Shown piece after piece: positions 9,449-18,875 of a DNA stretch of 32,854 nt; position 1 is the stretch's first letter, and every line of letters starts with the position of its first letter. The stretch covers positions 1 to 32,854 of the forward strand of contig LFCR01000005.1 of assembly GCA_001189215.1 (NCBI GenBank). Reading direction: 5' to 3'. The notes under the pieces were generated by a model that was not told the DNA's origin, made no database searches, and worked only from the letters and a program-made list of their open reading frames with translations. The translations under genes were made by a program, and so were the position numbers. The DNA comes from Parcubacteria bacterium C7867-008 (lineage in GTDB: Bacteria; Patescibacteriota; Minisyncoccia; Phycocordibacterales; Phycocordibacteraceae).

Positions 9449-10573
9449 TTATGTCGCAAGGCTAGAAATTACTTCTCGAATTTGAGAGACCACGTATACT
9501 TGCTCCTCTTCAGTAATATCTGTGCCACTCGGTATATAGAACCCTTCCCGACCGGCTTCAGATGCAATTGGACAGTCTCCTGCCTGAACGAGACCGCGTT
9601 CAATGAATATTTCCTGGTCATTAAACGGGATAAAGTCTTCACGAGACTCAACGCCACGTGCCTGTAAATCCTTCATTAGTTTCGTACGCTTCCCTGCATA
9701 CTTACCTTCAAGACGCACATTGTACATCCACCACACACTCTTGGTGTCTGGTAACTCAGTTGGAAGGCGTAATCCTTCAATACCTGCAAGATGCTCGTTG
9801 TAGTACGCAGCCATAGTGCGCTTACGACTAAGTATCTCTTCAATGCGACCAAGTTGAGCAACCCCGATTGCAGCCTGGAGATTCGTAAGTCGATAATTGT
9901 ATCCAATATCTGCATGCATAAACTTGTTTGGTGAACCAAAGGCAAGAGCTTTCAAAGATCGTGCTCGTGCTGCGTGCTCTGGATTGTGCATGGTGAGCAT
10001 GCCTCCCTCTCCTGTAGTTATGATTTTGTTGGCATAGAAACTGAAGCATCCAATATCACCGAACGAACCTGCTTTCTTTCCTTTGTACTCTGCACCATGC
10101 GCTTCGGCAGCATCCTCAATAACATAGAGGTTGTGCTTCTTGGCGATAGCCATAATCGGATCCATGTCCGCCACCTGTCCATATATATGGACAACCAGAA
10201 TGGCTTTGGTACGCGGAGTGATCTTACTCTCGAGTAGTGCAGGATCCATATTCAGTGTGTCTGGTTCTGAATCTATAGCAACGGGTGTTGCTCCTTGATA
10301 CAAAATGGCAAAGAAGGTTGCCATGTTAGTGAAGGACGATGCAAGCACTTCGTCTCCAGGGCCGATCTTAAGTGTAGCTAGTGCAAGGTGAAGTGCAGCA
10401 GTACCACTACTTACCGTAACAGCATCTTCCGTACCGCAGAATGCAGCAAACTCTTTTTCGAATCGAGGAATGTAGGTACCGCTAAACCCTGAGATTTCAG
10501 TTCGGTTCAGCGCATCATTCACATATTCACTTTCCTCTTTGCCAAATAGTGGCTTCCCGACAGGTACGTACAT
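9449..10573 (-). CDS. DegT/DnrJ/EryC1/StrS PLP-dependent sugar aminotransferase (GDP-perosamine synthase-like)
   Basis: SSGTAALHLAL, IEDAAEAHGA, FSFYANKIITTGEGG (catalytic Lys) and GYNYRLTNLQAAIG; adjacent to gmd. Confidence 0.93.
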   Translation of the reverse strand: MYVPVGKPLFGKEESEYVNDALNRTEISGFSGTYIPRFEKEFAAFCGTEDAVTVSSGTAALHLALATLKIGPGDEVLASSFTNMATFFAILYQGATPVAIDSEPDTLNMDPALLESKITPRTKAILVVHIYGQVADMDPIMAIAKKHNLYVIEDAAEAHGAEYKGKKAGSFGDIGCFSFYANKIITTGEGGMLTMHNPEHAARARSLKALAFGSPNKFMHADIGYNYRLTNLQAAIGVAQLGRIEEILSRKRTMAAYYNEHLAGIEGLRLPTELPDTKSVWWMYNVRLEGKYAGKRTKLMKDLQARGVESREDFIPFNDQEIFIERGLVQAGDCPIASEAGREGFYIPSGTDITEEEQVYVVSQIREVISSLAT

Positions 10574-10578
10574 ATAGC

Positions 10579-10959
10579 TTAGGAAACGAGAGGAACTTCA
10601 AGACGGATTACGTCTTTCTCATAATCTCCGCCCTTACGAGGACCTTTCGTAAGCGAGAGTGTTGTTGAGGGCTCAAGTGCCTTGAGGGCATGATGTTCAC
10701 CAATCGGATGACGTACGAGATCTCCCGCTTTGATAATTGCCTTCTCAAGTTCGCCATCGTAACCGTCGCGTCCATAACACTCGAGACTCCCTGACAGGAC
10801 ATAATCCCACTGTTCGCTGTGCTCGTGGAAGTGGTTTGCACGTACCGCTCCAGTCTCATAGGTGATGTACGTAACTGCATCCACTTCTACGTGTGTAAGA
10901 ATGTCGCGGATCTCTCCACGTCCGTCAGTAAAGTTTGGGTCTTTGTGATGAATTTCCAT
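10579..10959 (-). CDS. Cupin-fold sugar-nucleotide isomerase/epimerase-like protein
   Basis: DGRGEI...VRANHFH...EHHA; resembles FdtA/RmlC-like cupins found in NDP-sugar clusters. Confidence 0.75.
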   Translation of the reverse strand: MEIHHKDPNFTDGRGEIRDILTHVEVDAVTYITYETGAVRANHFHEHSEQWDYVLSGSLECYGRDGYDGELEKAIIKAGDLVRHPIGEHHALKALEPSTTLSLTKGPRKGGDYEKDVIRLEVPLVS

Positions 10960-10962
10960 AGG

Positions 10963-12237
10963 CTATTGAATAGTTGGGGTTGGGATCGGAATAATAAACT
11001 TACCACCATTAGCAGTGAATTCACTGTTGTTGCGAATAATTTCTGGAGCAAAGTTCCAGGCAAGAAGAAGTGCATAATCAGGTTTCTTCTCCAAGAGCTT
11101 TGCATCGGCATATATAGGAATGTGTGCGCCCGGAGTAAATCGTCCTATCTTAAGCGGTGCTCGCTCAGTAGCGAATGCAACGTGTCGCTTAGTGAAACCA
11201 CAGTAGTTGAGAAGTGTCATGCCCTTTGCTGGGGTAGACACAAGAGCAATGGTCTTACCTTCTGAACGAATCTTTTCTACAAGGGTCATGAGATCTTCCC
11301 TGTTCTTCTCAACTTTCAGTGCAAATGCTTTGAGCATACTAATATCATGCAGTTTGGCCTCAGTTTCCTCTGCAAGAAGATCGTGAACACTATGATCAAT
11401 TTCACGCTGACCTTTCTTTCCAATGTATACGCGAAATGAACCGCCATGAATAGCAGACTTCTCAACAGCGAAGACTTCACGTCCAAACTGCTCTACGAAT
11501 GTAGTTACTGGTTTGAGTGAGAGATACGAGAGATGCTCATGATAGATAGTGTCGTATTCAAGATGCTCGATAAGAGTACCGAAATGTGGTGATTCGAATA
11601 TGAACACTCCATCATCAGTGAGAAGTGTGTCACATGCACTTAGTACAGAGTGTAGATCATCAATGTGTGCAAATACGTTCGTACCGACAATTACCGATGC
11701 CTTTCCGTGCTTCTCTGTAAGAAGATTTGCTGCATCGGGCCCAAAGAAATCACAGTAAGTTGGGATGCCGCGCTCATTAGCAATCTCAACAATGTTTGGC
11801 GCTGGATCTACACCTGCCACATCCATCCCAACATCCTTAAAAGATTGAAGTAGAGTGCCGTCGTTACTTCCTACATCAACCACAAGACTGTCCTTTTTTA
11901 GAGATAGTCGCTCAGCAACTGCTGCGGCAAATGCATCCCAGTGCTTCTTTCCAGTTGCCGTTGTAGAAGACTGATACGGGTAATCAAACTGATAGAGTAC
12001 GCGCGGATCAACCACGTGCGTTAGTTGTGAGAGTCCACAAGCGTTACACAGCATCACTCGTAGTGGATATGAAAGTTCTGGTAGATCTAGTTCTTCAGCG
12101 ACACGGAATTGGTCTGCCGGAGGAGTGTGCCCGAGATCAAGATACTCGATAAGATCAGCACTCTTACACATACGACACGCAGAAAGGGACCGACACAGGT
12201 CTTCAGTTCGTTCGCGTTGTACGTCTTTCATACTCAT
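10963..12237 (-). CDS. NDP-hexose 3-C-methyltransferase-like (Zn-binding N-domain, C-methyltransferase C-domain)
   Basis: CRMC...CNAC zinc motif, DVGSNDG, NVFAH, YDTIYHEH, HGGS, PAKG and PDYALLLAWNF. Confidence 0.92.
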   Translation of the reverse strand: MSMKDVQRERTEDLCRSLSACRMCKSADLIEYLDLGHTPPADQFRVAEELDLPELSYPLRVMLCNACGLSQLTHVVDPRVLYQFDYPYQSSTTATGKKHWDAFAAAVAERLSLKKDSLVVDVGSNDGTLLQSFKDVGMDVAGVDPAPNIVEIANERGIPTYCDFFGPDAANLLTEKHGKASVIVGTNVFAHIDDLHSVLSACDTLLTDDGVFIFESPHFGTLIEHLEYDTIYHEHLSYLSLKPVTTFVEQFGREVFAVEKSAIHGGSFRVYIGKKGQREIDHSVHDLLAEETEAKLHDISMLKAFALKVEKNREDLMTLVEKIRSEGKTIALVSTPAKGMTLLNYCGFTKRHVAFATERAPLKIGRFTPGAHIPIYADAKLLEKKPDYALLLAWNFAPEIIRNNSEFTANGGKFIIPIPTPTIQ

Positions 12238-12248
12238 ATCGTTTCAAA

Positions 12249-13088
12249 TTATGACTGTTTCTTTTCGACCAACTTCTCCCATATAGCTAGGTGGTCTTTG
12301 GTATATTTCTCCCACGTCCAGTCTGCTAGCTTTTGTTTTTGGAGCGTAGCAAAAATTGCATTCAGTTGGTCCTGCGTGGTAAACGGATGATCTACACCGC
12401 TATGGTTATGATACCCATCAAGAGGCGCAATAGTTTCAAGTCCAGCATTCATTGCATCGAGAAGTGCCATTGAACCCTGATCAAGAGCAAAGTACAGGTA
12501 GTACTTAGAATTCATAAGAATCTGATCTTGTACATCACGATCAAATTCAGCATGATATTCGATATTTAACCCTAGAGCTCGTAGTCCATCGACATCCCAG
12601 TTCTTGCCCATGATGCGGAAGATAAATCGTTTTGGATCTATCGTCTTCGCAAGTTCCGTAAGCATTGATTCACGCTTCACTCCATCTGGGTACACGTTGG
12701 TAAGGATTGCAATGGGAATCGGAACGACGTGTTCATCAACTGCAGGAAGCACATATGTTAGTTTGTCTTGTGGGAGTCCTTCTTTTATAAGCTCATCAAC
12801 CATTTGCTGGGACATACAGATACCCATATCTGCGGTCTTCATTCCCTCTTTGAGGAGATCCATTTTCGACTCTGTATTGAGATGCGTCACCATCAAGGTA
12901 TTGATGGAATCAACATGCTTATAACCAATATAGATGATGTGATGGTTGATATCGTACTTTGGATCTGGTACGTCGGTTACGACACTCTTAATCCCAAGCC
13001 TTTCTAGCTCTTCGTTCATTTTCCATGCGAACTTGCTCAAGATGCCGTTGGTAAATGCCATCTCATAGTTGACGAGGTTTACTTGCAT
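12249..13088 (-). CDS. Divergent short GT-B glycosyltransferase-like protein
   Basis: C-terminal YYLYFALDQGSMALLDAMNAG resembles the GT4 E-x7-E donor motif; KRES basic motif; cluster context. Confidence 0.55.
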   Translation of the reverse strand: MQVNLVNYEMAFTNGILSKFAWKMNEELERLGIKSVVTDVPDPKYDINHHIIYIGYKHVDSINTLMVTHLNTESKMDLLKEGMKTADMGICMSQQMVDELIKEGLPQDKLTYVLPAVDEHVVPIPIAILTNVYPDGVKRESMLTELAKTIDPKRFIFRIMGKNWDVDGLRALGLNIEYHAEFDRDVQDQILMNSKYYLYFALDQGSMALLDAMNAGLETIAPLDGYHNHSGVDHPFTTQDQLNAIFATLQKQKLADWTWEKYTKDHLAIWEKLVEKKQS

Positions 13089-13183
13089 ACGTACTTATTT
13101 CTTATTGTATCTTTGCTGTCTACCTATGTATAGGTATAGATATAATTGACAAAAATATTATTTCTCGGGAAATAAGTATTTAA

Positions 13184-13798
13184 TTATCCAGCAGTAACAG
13201 GATACGGATGATACTCAAACATATCGGATGGATAAGTTTTTTTCATATAGTCACAAACATGAGGCCACTCCCAAATAAGTACCTTCTTCTTGCTGATACG
13301 TTCAAGAGTCTGCATTGCGTTGCGTGTGTCATCCGCATGATCAATGAAGAACATAAATACTGCACGGCAGTATGTTACATCCCACTGCTTTGTATGCTGC
13401 TCGAGCCAAGAGGCATTTGGAGATACGAGATCGAGTTGAAATACATCGAGACCACTTTCCTTTGCCTGCGCAACAAATTCTTCTGCAAGGTCTGCCCCTT
13501 GTATTGAGTAATAGGGTTTCAATTGCTCAACAAGTCTTCCATAGCCACATCCCGCCTCTAGAACTGTTTCGGGTGAATGACGATCGAGTGCAGCACGCAA
13601 TTCTTTAATTGTTGGGTGTTTATCAACGGCCGGAAGTTCTGCAATGCGTTTCTTGGTACCTAGGGTGTATTCCTTATCATCTACCCAATAGTGCTTATAT
13701 CCCGAGCGATGTCGTGGGAGTCGCTTATATGCGTATGCGCGAAACGGGGGGAGCTTGTATAGGAAGCTCAATATATGTAACCGGAGTTCAGCCTTCAT
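13184..13798 (-). CDS. Class I SAM-dependent methyltransferase
   Basis: VLEAGCGYGR motif I, GADL and WDVTYC. Confidence 0.82.
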   Translation of the reverse strand: MKAELRLHILSFLYKLPPFRAYAYKRLPRHRSGYKHYWVDDKEYTLGTKKRIAELPAVDKHPTIKELRAALDRHSPETVLEAGCGYGRLVEQLKPYYSIQGADLAEEFVAQAKESGLDVFQLDLVSPNASWLEQHTKQWDVTYCRAVFMFFIDHADDTRNAMQTLERISKKKVLIWEWPHVCDYMKKTYPSDMFEYHPYPVTAG

Positions 13799-13831
13799 GT
13801 GAGAGATTATAAATGCACGTGGCTGTTTTCC

Positions 13832-14530
13832 CTATTTCACTCCTCTAAGAAACGCATCACGCAATGCACGCATGCGTATATAAGGCGATTCCCAGAAGCG
13901 GAGCCATTTCCAAGCACCACTCCATGCGGAGATCATGGCTACTGAGCCGCTACGAGTTCTATTGCGAGTTCCTGCCAACAACCACTTCCAACCACCACTC
14001 CAGCCTTTTGTTGGGATCCACGCCCACTTACGAGCGCCTGCCCATGCCCACTTACGTGCAAACTGCATTGAAGCAACTCTCTGCTTTTCTCCAACAACAC
14101 TCCATGCGGTAGCAGCGCGATTATATAGGTCTTGCAGTGATTGAGATGGAATGGGAGTACCGTGTAATTCTTCTCGGTACAACGTTACTAACTCTTCACA
14201 GAATCCAAGTAACACATGGTCATTACGAATACCTCGTATATTTTTGAGACCATACGTACGATCTTCAAACTGCCAGAGAACAATATGTGCAGATAGCGCT
14301 GTTAGATCACTACCTACCGATACACGCTTTAAGAATGCTTCAGGAAAACGTGACGCATCTTCAGGAGATAGTTCACCGAGAATGGCGTCTTCCCACTGCC
14401 CTACTTCTTTGGGAATACCTAGAATGGCTTCATATGAAAAGCAATCAATACCATCCTTTCCGATAGGATGCTCTTGTAAGGATGCAAGTGCTTGATCCTT
14501 TTTCTTCTGATCGTTAAAAAATGCTTCCAT
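13832..14530 (-). CDS. Hypothetical protein with Trp/Arg/Lys-rich C-terminal segment
   Basis: 232-aa ORF co-oriented and tightly packed in the operon; no catalytic motif recognised. Confidence 0.7.
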   Translation of the reverse strand: MEAFFNDQKKKDQALASLQEHPIGKDGIDCFSYEAILGIPKEVGQWEDAILGELSPEDASRFPEAFLKRVSVGSDLTALSAHIVLWQFEDRTYGLKNIRGIRNDHVLLGFCEELVTLYREELHGTPIPSQSLQDLYNRAATAWSVVGEKQRVASMQFARKWAWAGARKWAWIPTKGWSGGWKWLLAGTRNRTRSGSVAMISAWSGAWKWLRFWESPYIRMRALRDAFLRGVK

Positions 14531-14535
14531 ACGAA

Positions 14536-15579
14536 TCAGTTATAACGTAAGAGTTCCGTAGCTGCACGTATACACGCTTGCACCGGAACATTGCCAAATG
14601 GTTTAAGTCTGCCTTCACGATGCGCATCTAAATACGCAAGATCGTCATGTGCCTCCTCATCTTCTTGGAGACGATATAAGACACGCGCCGCTGGATGATA
14701 AAACGGGAGCCAGTTGGCCGTGCCTTTGTGCGCAATAGCAAGTACAGGAACTTTAAGGAAACAAGCCAGGTGAGTGATACCGGTGTCCACGCCAATAAAT
14801 AACTTTGAACCACCAATAAGTGCACTGAGTTGCTTACCGTTCATCCCACACGCAGCGATACAACGCTCTGGTGCAGAGCTTTTCGTTATAAGTGTATTGA
14901 TCCATTCCTTTTCTGATGGAGATCCTGAAATAACAAATGTTAGTTCTTTATTGTGCGCCAAGAGAGCATTTAAGAATTCAAGTGCGGCATCGGGTTCAAA
15001 AGAACGTTTCTCGGATGAACCACGCGGATGGATAAACACATACTGCTTACCCTCTAGACCTAGAGTACAGACTATTTCAGTATCTGGTGTGATCTGTAAT
15101 GTGGGAGTTTGTTGCATATTCTCCTCTATCCCAAGTGCCACTGCAACTGAACGAAGAGTGTTCAAGAACGGGACATTTGTGTCGTATACAAGAGTTTTGG
15201 TATACAACTTCTTACTAAGTGAATCATCATCCTCAAATCCAATGAGGCAACTCCCTGGCATGCGCGTAAGAAGCCATGCGGTCCATTTAACCTGCCTTGG
15301 TACTCGTCCGGGTGTTGGTTGAAGTATGGCTAGTCGACCTGGCTGAATAAATTGTATGAGCGTAAAGATAGAAAATATCTTTGAACGAGCAACTTGAACC
15401 ACTCTAAGGAATGGGTACGAGCCAATAAAACCTTTCAAGAAACCTCTATTGCGTGGAATAAGTATGGTTATGTTCGGTGCAACACCACTCTTATGCAAGT
15501 GCTCAGCAAAGTAGACAGCCATTAGAAAATCTCCAATGGATCCATTCTGAAATAGAATTACTTCCTTGTATCGCTTCAT
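14536..15579 (-). CDS. Glycosyltransferase family 9 (heptosyltransferase-like)
   Basis: GSIGDFL, FIHPRGSSEKR and LFIGVDTGITHLA signature. Confidence 0.88.
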   Translation of the reverse strand: MKRYKEVILFQNGSIGDFLMAVYFAEHLHKSGVAPNITILIPRNRGFLKGFIGSYPFLRVVQVARSKIFSIFTLIQFIQPGRLAILQPTPGRVPRQVKWTAWLLTRMPGSCLIGFEDDDSLSKKLYTKTLVYDTNVPFLNTLRSVAVALGIEENMQQTPTLQITPDTEIVCTLGLEGKQYVFIHPRGSSEKRSFEPDAALEFLNALLAHNKELTFVISGSPSEKEWINTLITKSSAPERCIAACGMNGKQLSALIGGSKLFIGVDTGITHLACFLKVPVLAIAHKGTANWLPFYHPAARVLYRLQEDEEAHDDLAYLDAHREGRLKPFGNVPVQACIRAATELLRYN

Positions 15580-16595
15580 ATCGTTTTTACCAGGCGATCC
15601 ATAAGAATCTCTAACCCTTCAGCCTTCGCAACTGCTTGCATGTGCGTACGTTGAGCATCTTGATCGTCAGCAGCTAATAGTCGAGAGAGTCTGAATGCAA
15701 GATCCGCTGCATCAGAGAAATAATATTGATCTCCGGCGCGCTCTTTAAAATCTTTGCTTCGTGCAAGCACCAAGCATCCACTTGCTGCTGCTTCGAATAA
15801 TGTCTTATCAAACATACCGCTCGGTGAACAGTTAACAAAAATACTGTGTCTATGAAACATCACCGGTACTTCTGTGTTTGGGACACCTGCCATAAACATA
15901 ACTGATCGATCTGGAAATTGACGCTGCACTCGCTGCTGCAACGTTGCATAGAATGATTCGTACGCAGGAAGTGGTGAGCCAATGAAGGTAGCGGTAAATG
16001 ATGTACCCTTCTTCTTAAGAATCTCAAGCGCATCAATTAATATCTCTGGGTGTTTGGACGGTGCCATGCGCGCAAGAAATAGTATGGACTCTCGCATGCG
16101 GCCCTCAAATATGGGGCTTGAGAACCGTTCTAAATCTACACCCACAGGCATAAGAACTGTTTTCTTGTATTTAGCCGTATATGAATCTTTCGAAGTGCAG
16201 AATACATTCTTACAGAACAACACTGCCAAATCTGTAAGCAACGAACCTGCATAGTGATTCCTCCAAAGGTATGCCGGCTTGTGTAGTAACTTCCATACCC
16301 ATCCAGCAACAAGGAGGTACTCCTGGTTCATGTGTATGAGCACACGGTCGTACTCATATCGCAGACTCAATGTCAGGATCAGAAAACGTAGCGCATACAC
16401 AAACGAAGGAGCTCTACCCTTCTCTTTACCAAGAGAGTGCACACGAACGTTCGCCGGTAGCGTGTGCCTACCCTCCTTTAAACAGATAACGGTAAGTTGA
16501 TCTGTACGTTTTGCTAGGCCTTCCACCCAACCGTGGTACACGCTGAGGGTTGGATCATCGAGATCCAATGCTTGTGTCACAAAGAGCAACTTCAT
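15576..16595 (-). CDS. Glycosyltransferase family 4
   Basis: RMAPSK and FVNCSPSGMFDKTLFEAAASG; ATGA overlaps on both sides. Confidence 0.88.
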   Translation of the reverse strand: MKLLFVTQALDLDDPTLSVYHGWVEGLAKRTDQLTVICLKEGRHTLPANVRVHSLGKEKGRAPSFVYALRFLILTLSLRYEYDRVLIHMNQEYLLVAGWVWKLLHKPAYLWRNHYAGSLLTDLAVLFCKNVFCTSKDSYTAKYKKTVLMPVGVDLERFSSPIFEGRMRESILFLARMAPSKHPEILIDALEILKKKGTSFTATFIGSPLPAYESFYATLQQRVQRQFPDRSVMFMAGVPNTEVPVMFHRHSIFVNCSPSGMFDKTLFEAAASGCLVLARSKDFKERAGDQYYFSDAADLAFRLSRLLAADDQDAQRTHMQAVAKAEGLEILMDRLVKTI

Positions 16596-17731
16596 ACTGC
16601 AAGACGTGTTATGTCCGCAATAATATCTGCTGGTGTTGAACGTGCAGAAGCAAGATGTGCGAGTACTGCAGCCTCAGCTTGCATAGAGTATTCACTTCTC
16701 ATACGTGAGTCCTCAATCATGTGACGAATATTGTGCAGCAGTTGATTTGCGTCACCAGGAGGTGCTGCAAGTACCGAATCATTGCCTTTCAATACCTCCC
16801 CAACAATTCCAACATCTGAACTTATGATTGGCACCCGTGCGAGTGCAGCTTCAATAAGTGTGATGCTGTACCCCTCATACGCGCTCGCCTGTATGTAGCA
16901 CTGCGCACTGCGCATCAAACCACGGACATCTGTACGCCATCCAAGGAATCGAACACGATTCTCAATGTGCAGTTCTTTAGCGAGCCGTTCAAGTCGTGGA
17001 CGTTCGCTTCCCTCACCTGCGATCACGAGACCTGCAGAAGGATATGAATCTTTGACCCATGCGAGTGCATAGAGAATATCCTCAATACGTTTCTCTGGCT
17101 CAAGACGACTTGCCGTGAACAGCGTAAAGGGGTATACGGGTTCTGGAAATGGAACAGGCTGCACAGCTTCGGGTGTTACTTGTATAGGCAGTACTGATAC
17201 TGATTCCATATCTGATCCATATCGAGCGATCAAAGAATCCTTGATACGCTGAGACACCACCCGTACACCGTGTGCTTTTGGAAGTACGCGGTCTGCAATG
17301 CTCTGACGTATGCGGTTTAGAAGCGGCAGCCGAACCTGCACACTTCTACTCATACCGGTTCGAGTAAACCAAGGTGAAAACACATCTGTATGGAGCTGTA
17401 CGTGGAGTTTGGTATTTGTACCTTGTATGACCTTTAATGCAGCCCATCCATATTCAAAAGGATCCTGTGCTGATACCACTGCAATATTTGCTGTACGCAC
17501 CAATGCTCGTGCACGAGATTTAATAGCGAAGATTACGCTGATCTTATTACCAGTAACACCATGTAGGATGAGCGGACCTTCAGTGATTTCTTGCTGCTTC
17601 TTTGCGCGAGAAAGGATATGTAATACTCCGCCGGTCTTTGCTACTTCTTCCGCATATGCACGCATACGGCTCCGTACAGCAGTACCTTCCTCAAATATTC
17701 CTGGGTCATTTGATACGAAAAGTATGTTCAT
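16592..17731 (-). CDS. Glycosyltransferase family 4
   Basis: SRLEPEK and YEGYSITLIEAALARVPIISSDVG. Confidence 0.9.
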   Translation of the reverse strand: MNILFVSNDPGIFEEGTAVRSRMRAYAEEVAKTGGVLHILSRAKKQQEITEGPLILHGVTGNKISVIFAIKSRARALVRTANIAVVSAQDPFEYGWAALKVIQGTNTKLHVQLHTDVFSPWFTRTGMSRSVQVRLPLLNRIRQSIADRVLPKAHGVRVVSQRIKDSLIARYGSDMESVSVLPIQVTPEAVQPVPFPEPVYPFTLFTASRLEPEKRIEDILYALAWVKDSYPSAGLVIAGEGSERPRLERLAKELHIENRVRFLGWRTDVRGLMRSAQCYIQASAYEGYSITLIEAALARVPIISSDVGIVGEVLKGNDSVLAAPPGDANQLLHNIRHMIEDSRMRSEYSMQAEAAVLAHLASARSTPADIIADITRLAV

Positions 17732-18804
17732 ACGCGTGTAAGTATGTCTGCTGTACCGGCAAGCATAGCATCTAGGGTAAATCGTTCTTGGACAGTAGTA
17801 GTACCTTCAGAAAGCTGTTTTGCAAAGCTTGCATCAATAAGTACTCTGATGATCGCTTCTGCGAGTGCCTGAGTGTTTTTAGTTGGCACAATGATTCCGT
17901 TCTTTCCATCTATAACTAGCTCTGGATTGCCGCCTGCATCACTCGCTACGATTGGTTTACCAAGTAACAGTGCTTCTATCAGCACATGAGATAGTCCTTC
18001 GTACTCTGAATTAAGTACAAACATATCTGCCGCCTGCATGTATGAAAGTGTTTCTGCATGTGGAAGTGAGCCGGTGAACTGAACCACACCAGGAGGCGCA
18101 TATCCCTCAAGCTCTTTACGTTCTGGACCATCTCCAATAATTGTTAGAGTTGCATCTGGAACACTCGTGCGAACAATACTCATTGCGTCAATAAGACCTT
18201 TCATTCCCTTCCAAGGAACAAGGCGCGCAACAGAAACAATGGTGTGGGGAGCAAGCTTTCGTGACGGTATCTCTTCATCGATAGATAGGGCGTTATACAC
18301 CACATGAATCTTTTCTACAGGAATACCCCACGTAGTTACAATCCGTTTTAGGTATTCACTTGGAACAATAATCGTACGTGCACTATGAGCAACGAAACAT
18401 TGTGCTGCTCGCATTGCAGCAACGAAAAGTGGGACATTCTTTGTGCGAACAAATGTATCGAGATTCTGAGTTACTCCAAAACGTTGCACACCCTGCTCCC
18501 ATGCGAAGTCTCCTACGATCTTCACTACAAGTGGCTTATTCAAAAACCATGCAGCAAATGCCGTTGGTACTCCCACTGACGCAGGATCCAGTGCCAGGAT
18601 GACATCTGCTTTCTTACCTGTCTTTAGAACTTTAAAGAAGTACGAAATGTGTCGCATCACGCTTGGAAGATGCTTAACTTCGCTAAATTTCACTAATGAA
18701 ACCGAGATATCTCGCTCAGGTAGACCTAGTTCAAGAGTCCGAGCATAGGTAGCCGGACCTCCTGATTCAGGTGGATATAGGGGGGTGGCTATACAGAGCC
18801 GCAT
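17728..18804 (-). CDS. Glycosyltransferase family 4
   Basis: YPPESGGPATY, VARLVPWKG and EGLSHVLIEALLLGKPIVASDAGG. Confidence 0.93.
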   Translation of the reverse strand: MRLCIATPLYPPESGGPATYARTLELGLPERDISVSLVKFSEVKHLPSVMRHISYFFKVLKTGKKADVILALDPASVGVPTAFAAWFLNKPLVVKIVGDFAWEQGVQRFGVTQNLDTFVRTKNVPLFVAAMRAAQCFVAHSARTIIVPSEYLKRIVTTWGIPVEKIHVVYNALSIDEEIPSRKLAPHTIVSVARLVPWKGMKGLIDAMSIVRTSVPDATLTIIGDGPERKELEGYAPPGVVQFTGSLPHAETLSYMQAADMFVLNSEYEGLSHVLIEALLLGKPIVASDAGGNPELVIDGKNGIIVPTKNTQALAEAIIRVLIDASFAKQLSEGTTTVQERFTLDAMLAGTADILTRV

Positions 18805-18875
18805 ATAGGAATTGTACCAGCCCCACCCGAAGGAGGTTTCATGGGGATTTATAGCGCGTGGTACATTGTGGCTAC

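Noticed and set aside
14774-15322. 182-aa plus-strand ORF and the many other 60-180 aa ORFs nested in called genes
   Set aside because: They are antisense or out of frame to genes with clear family motifs and have no independent evidence.
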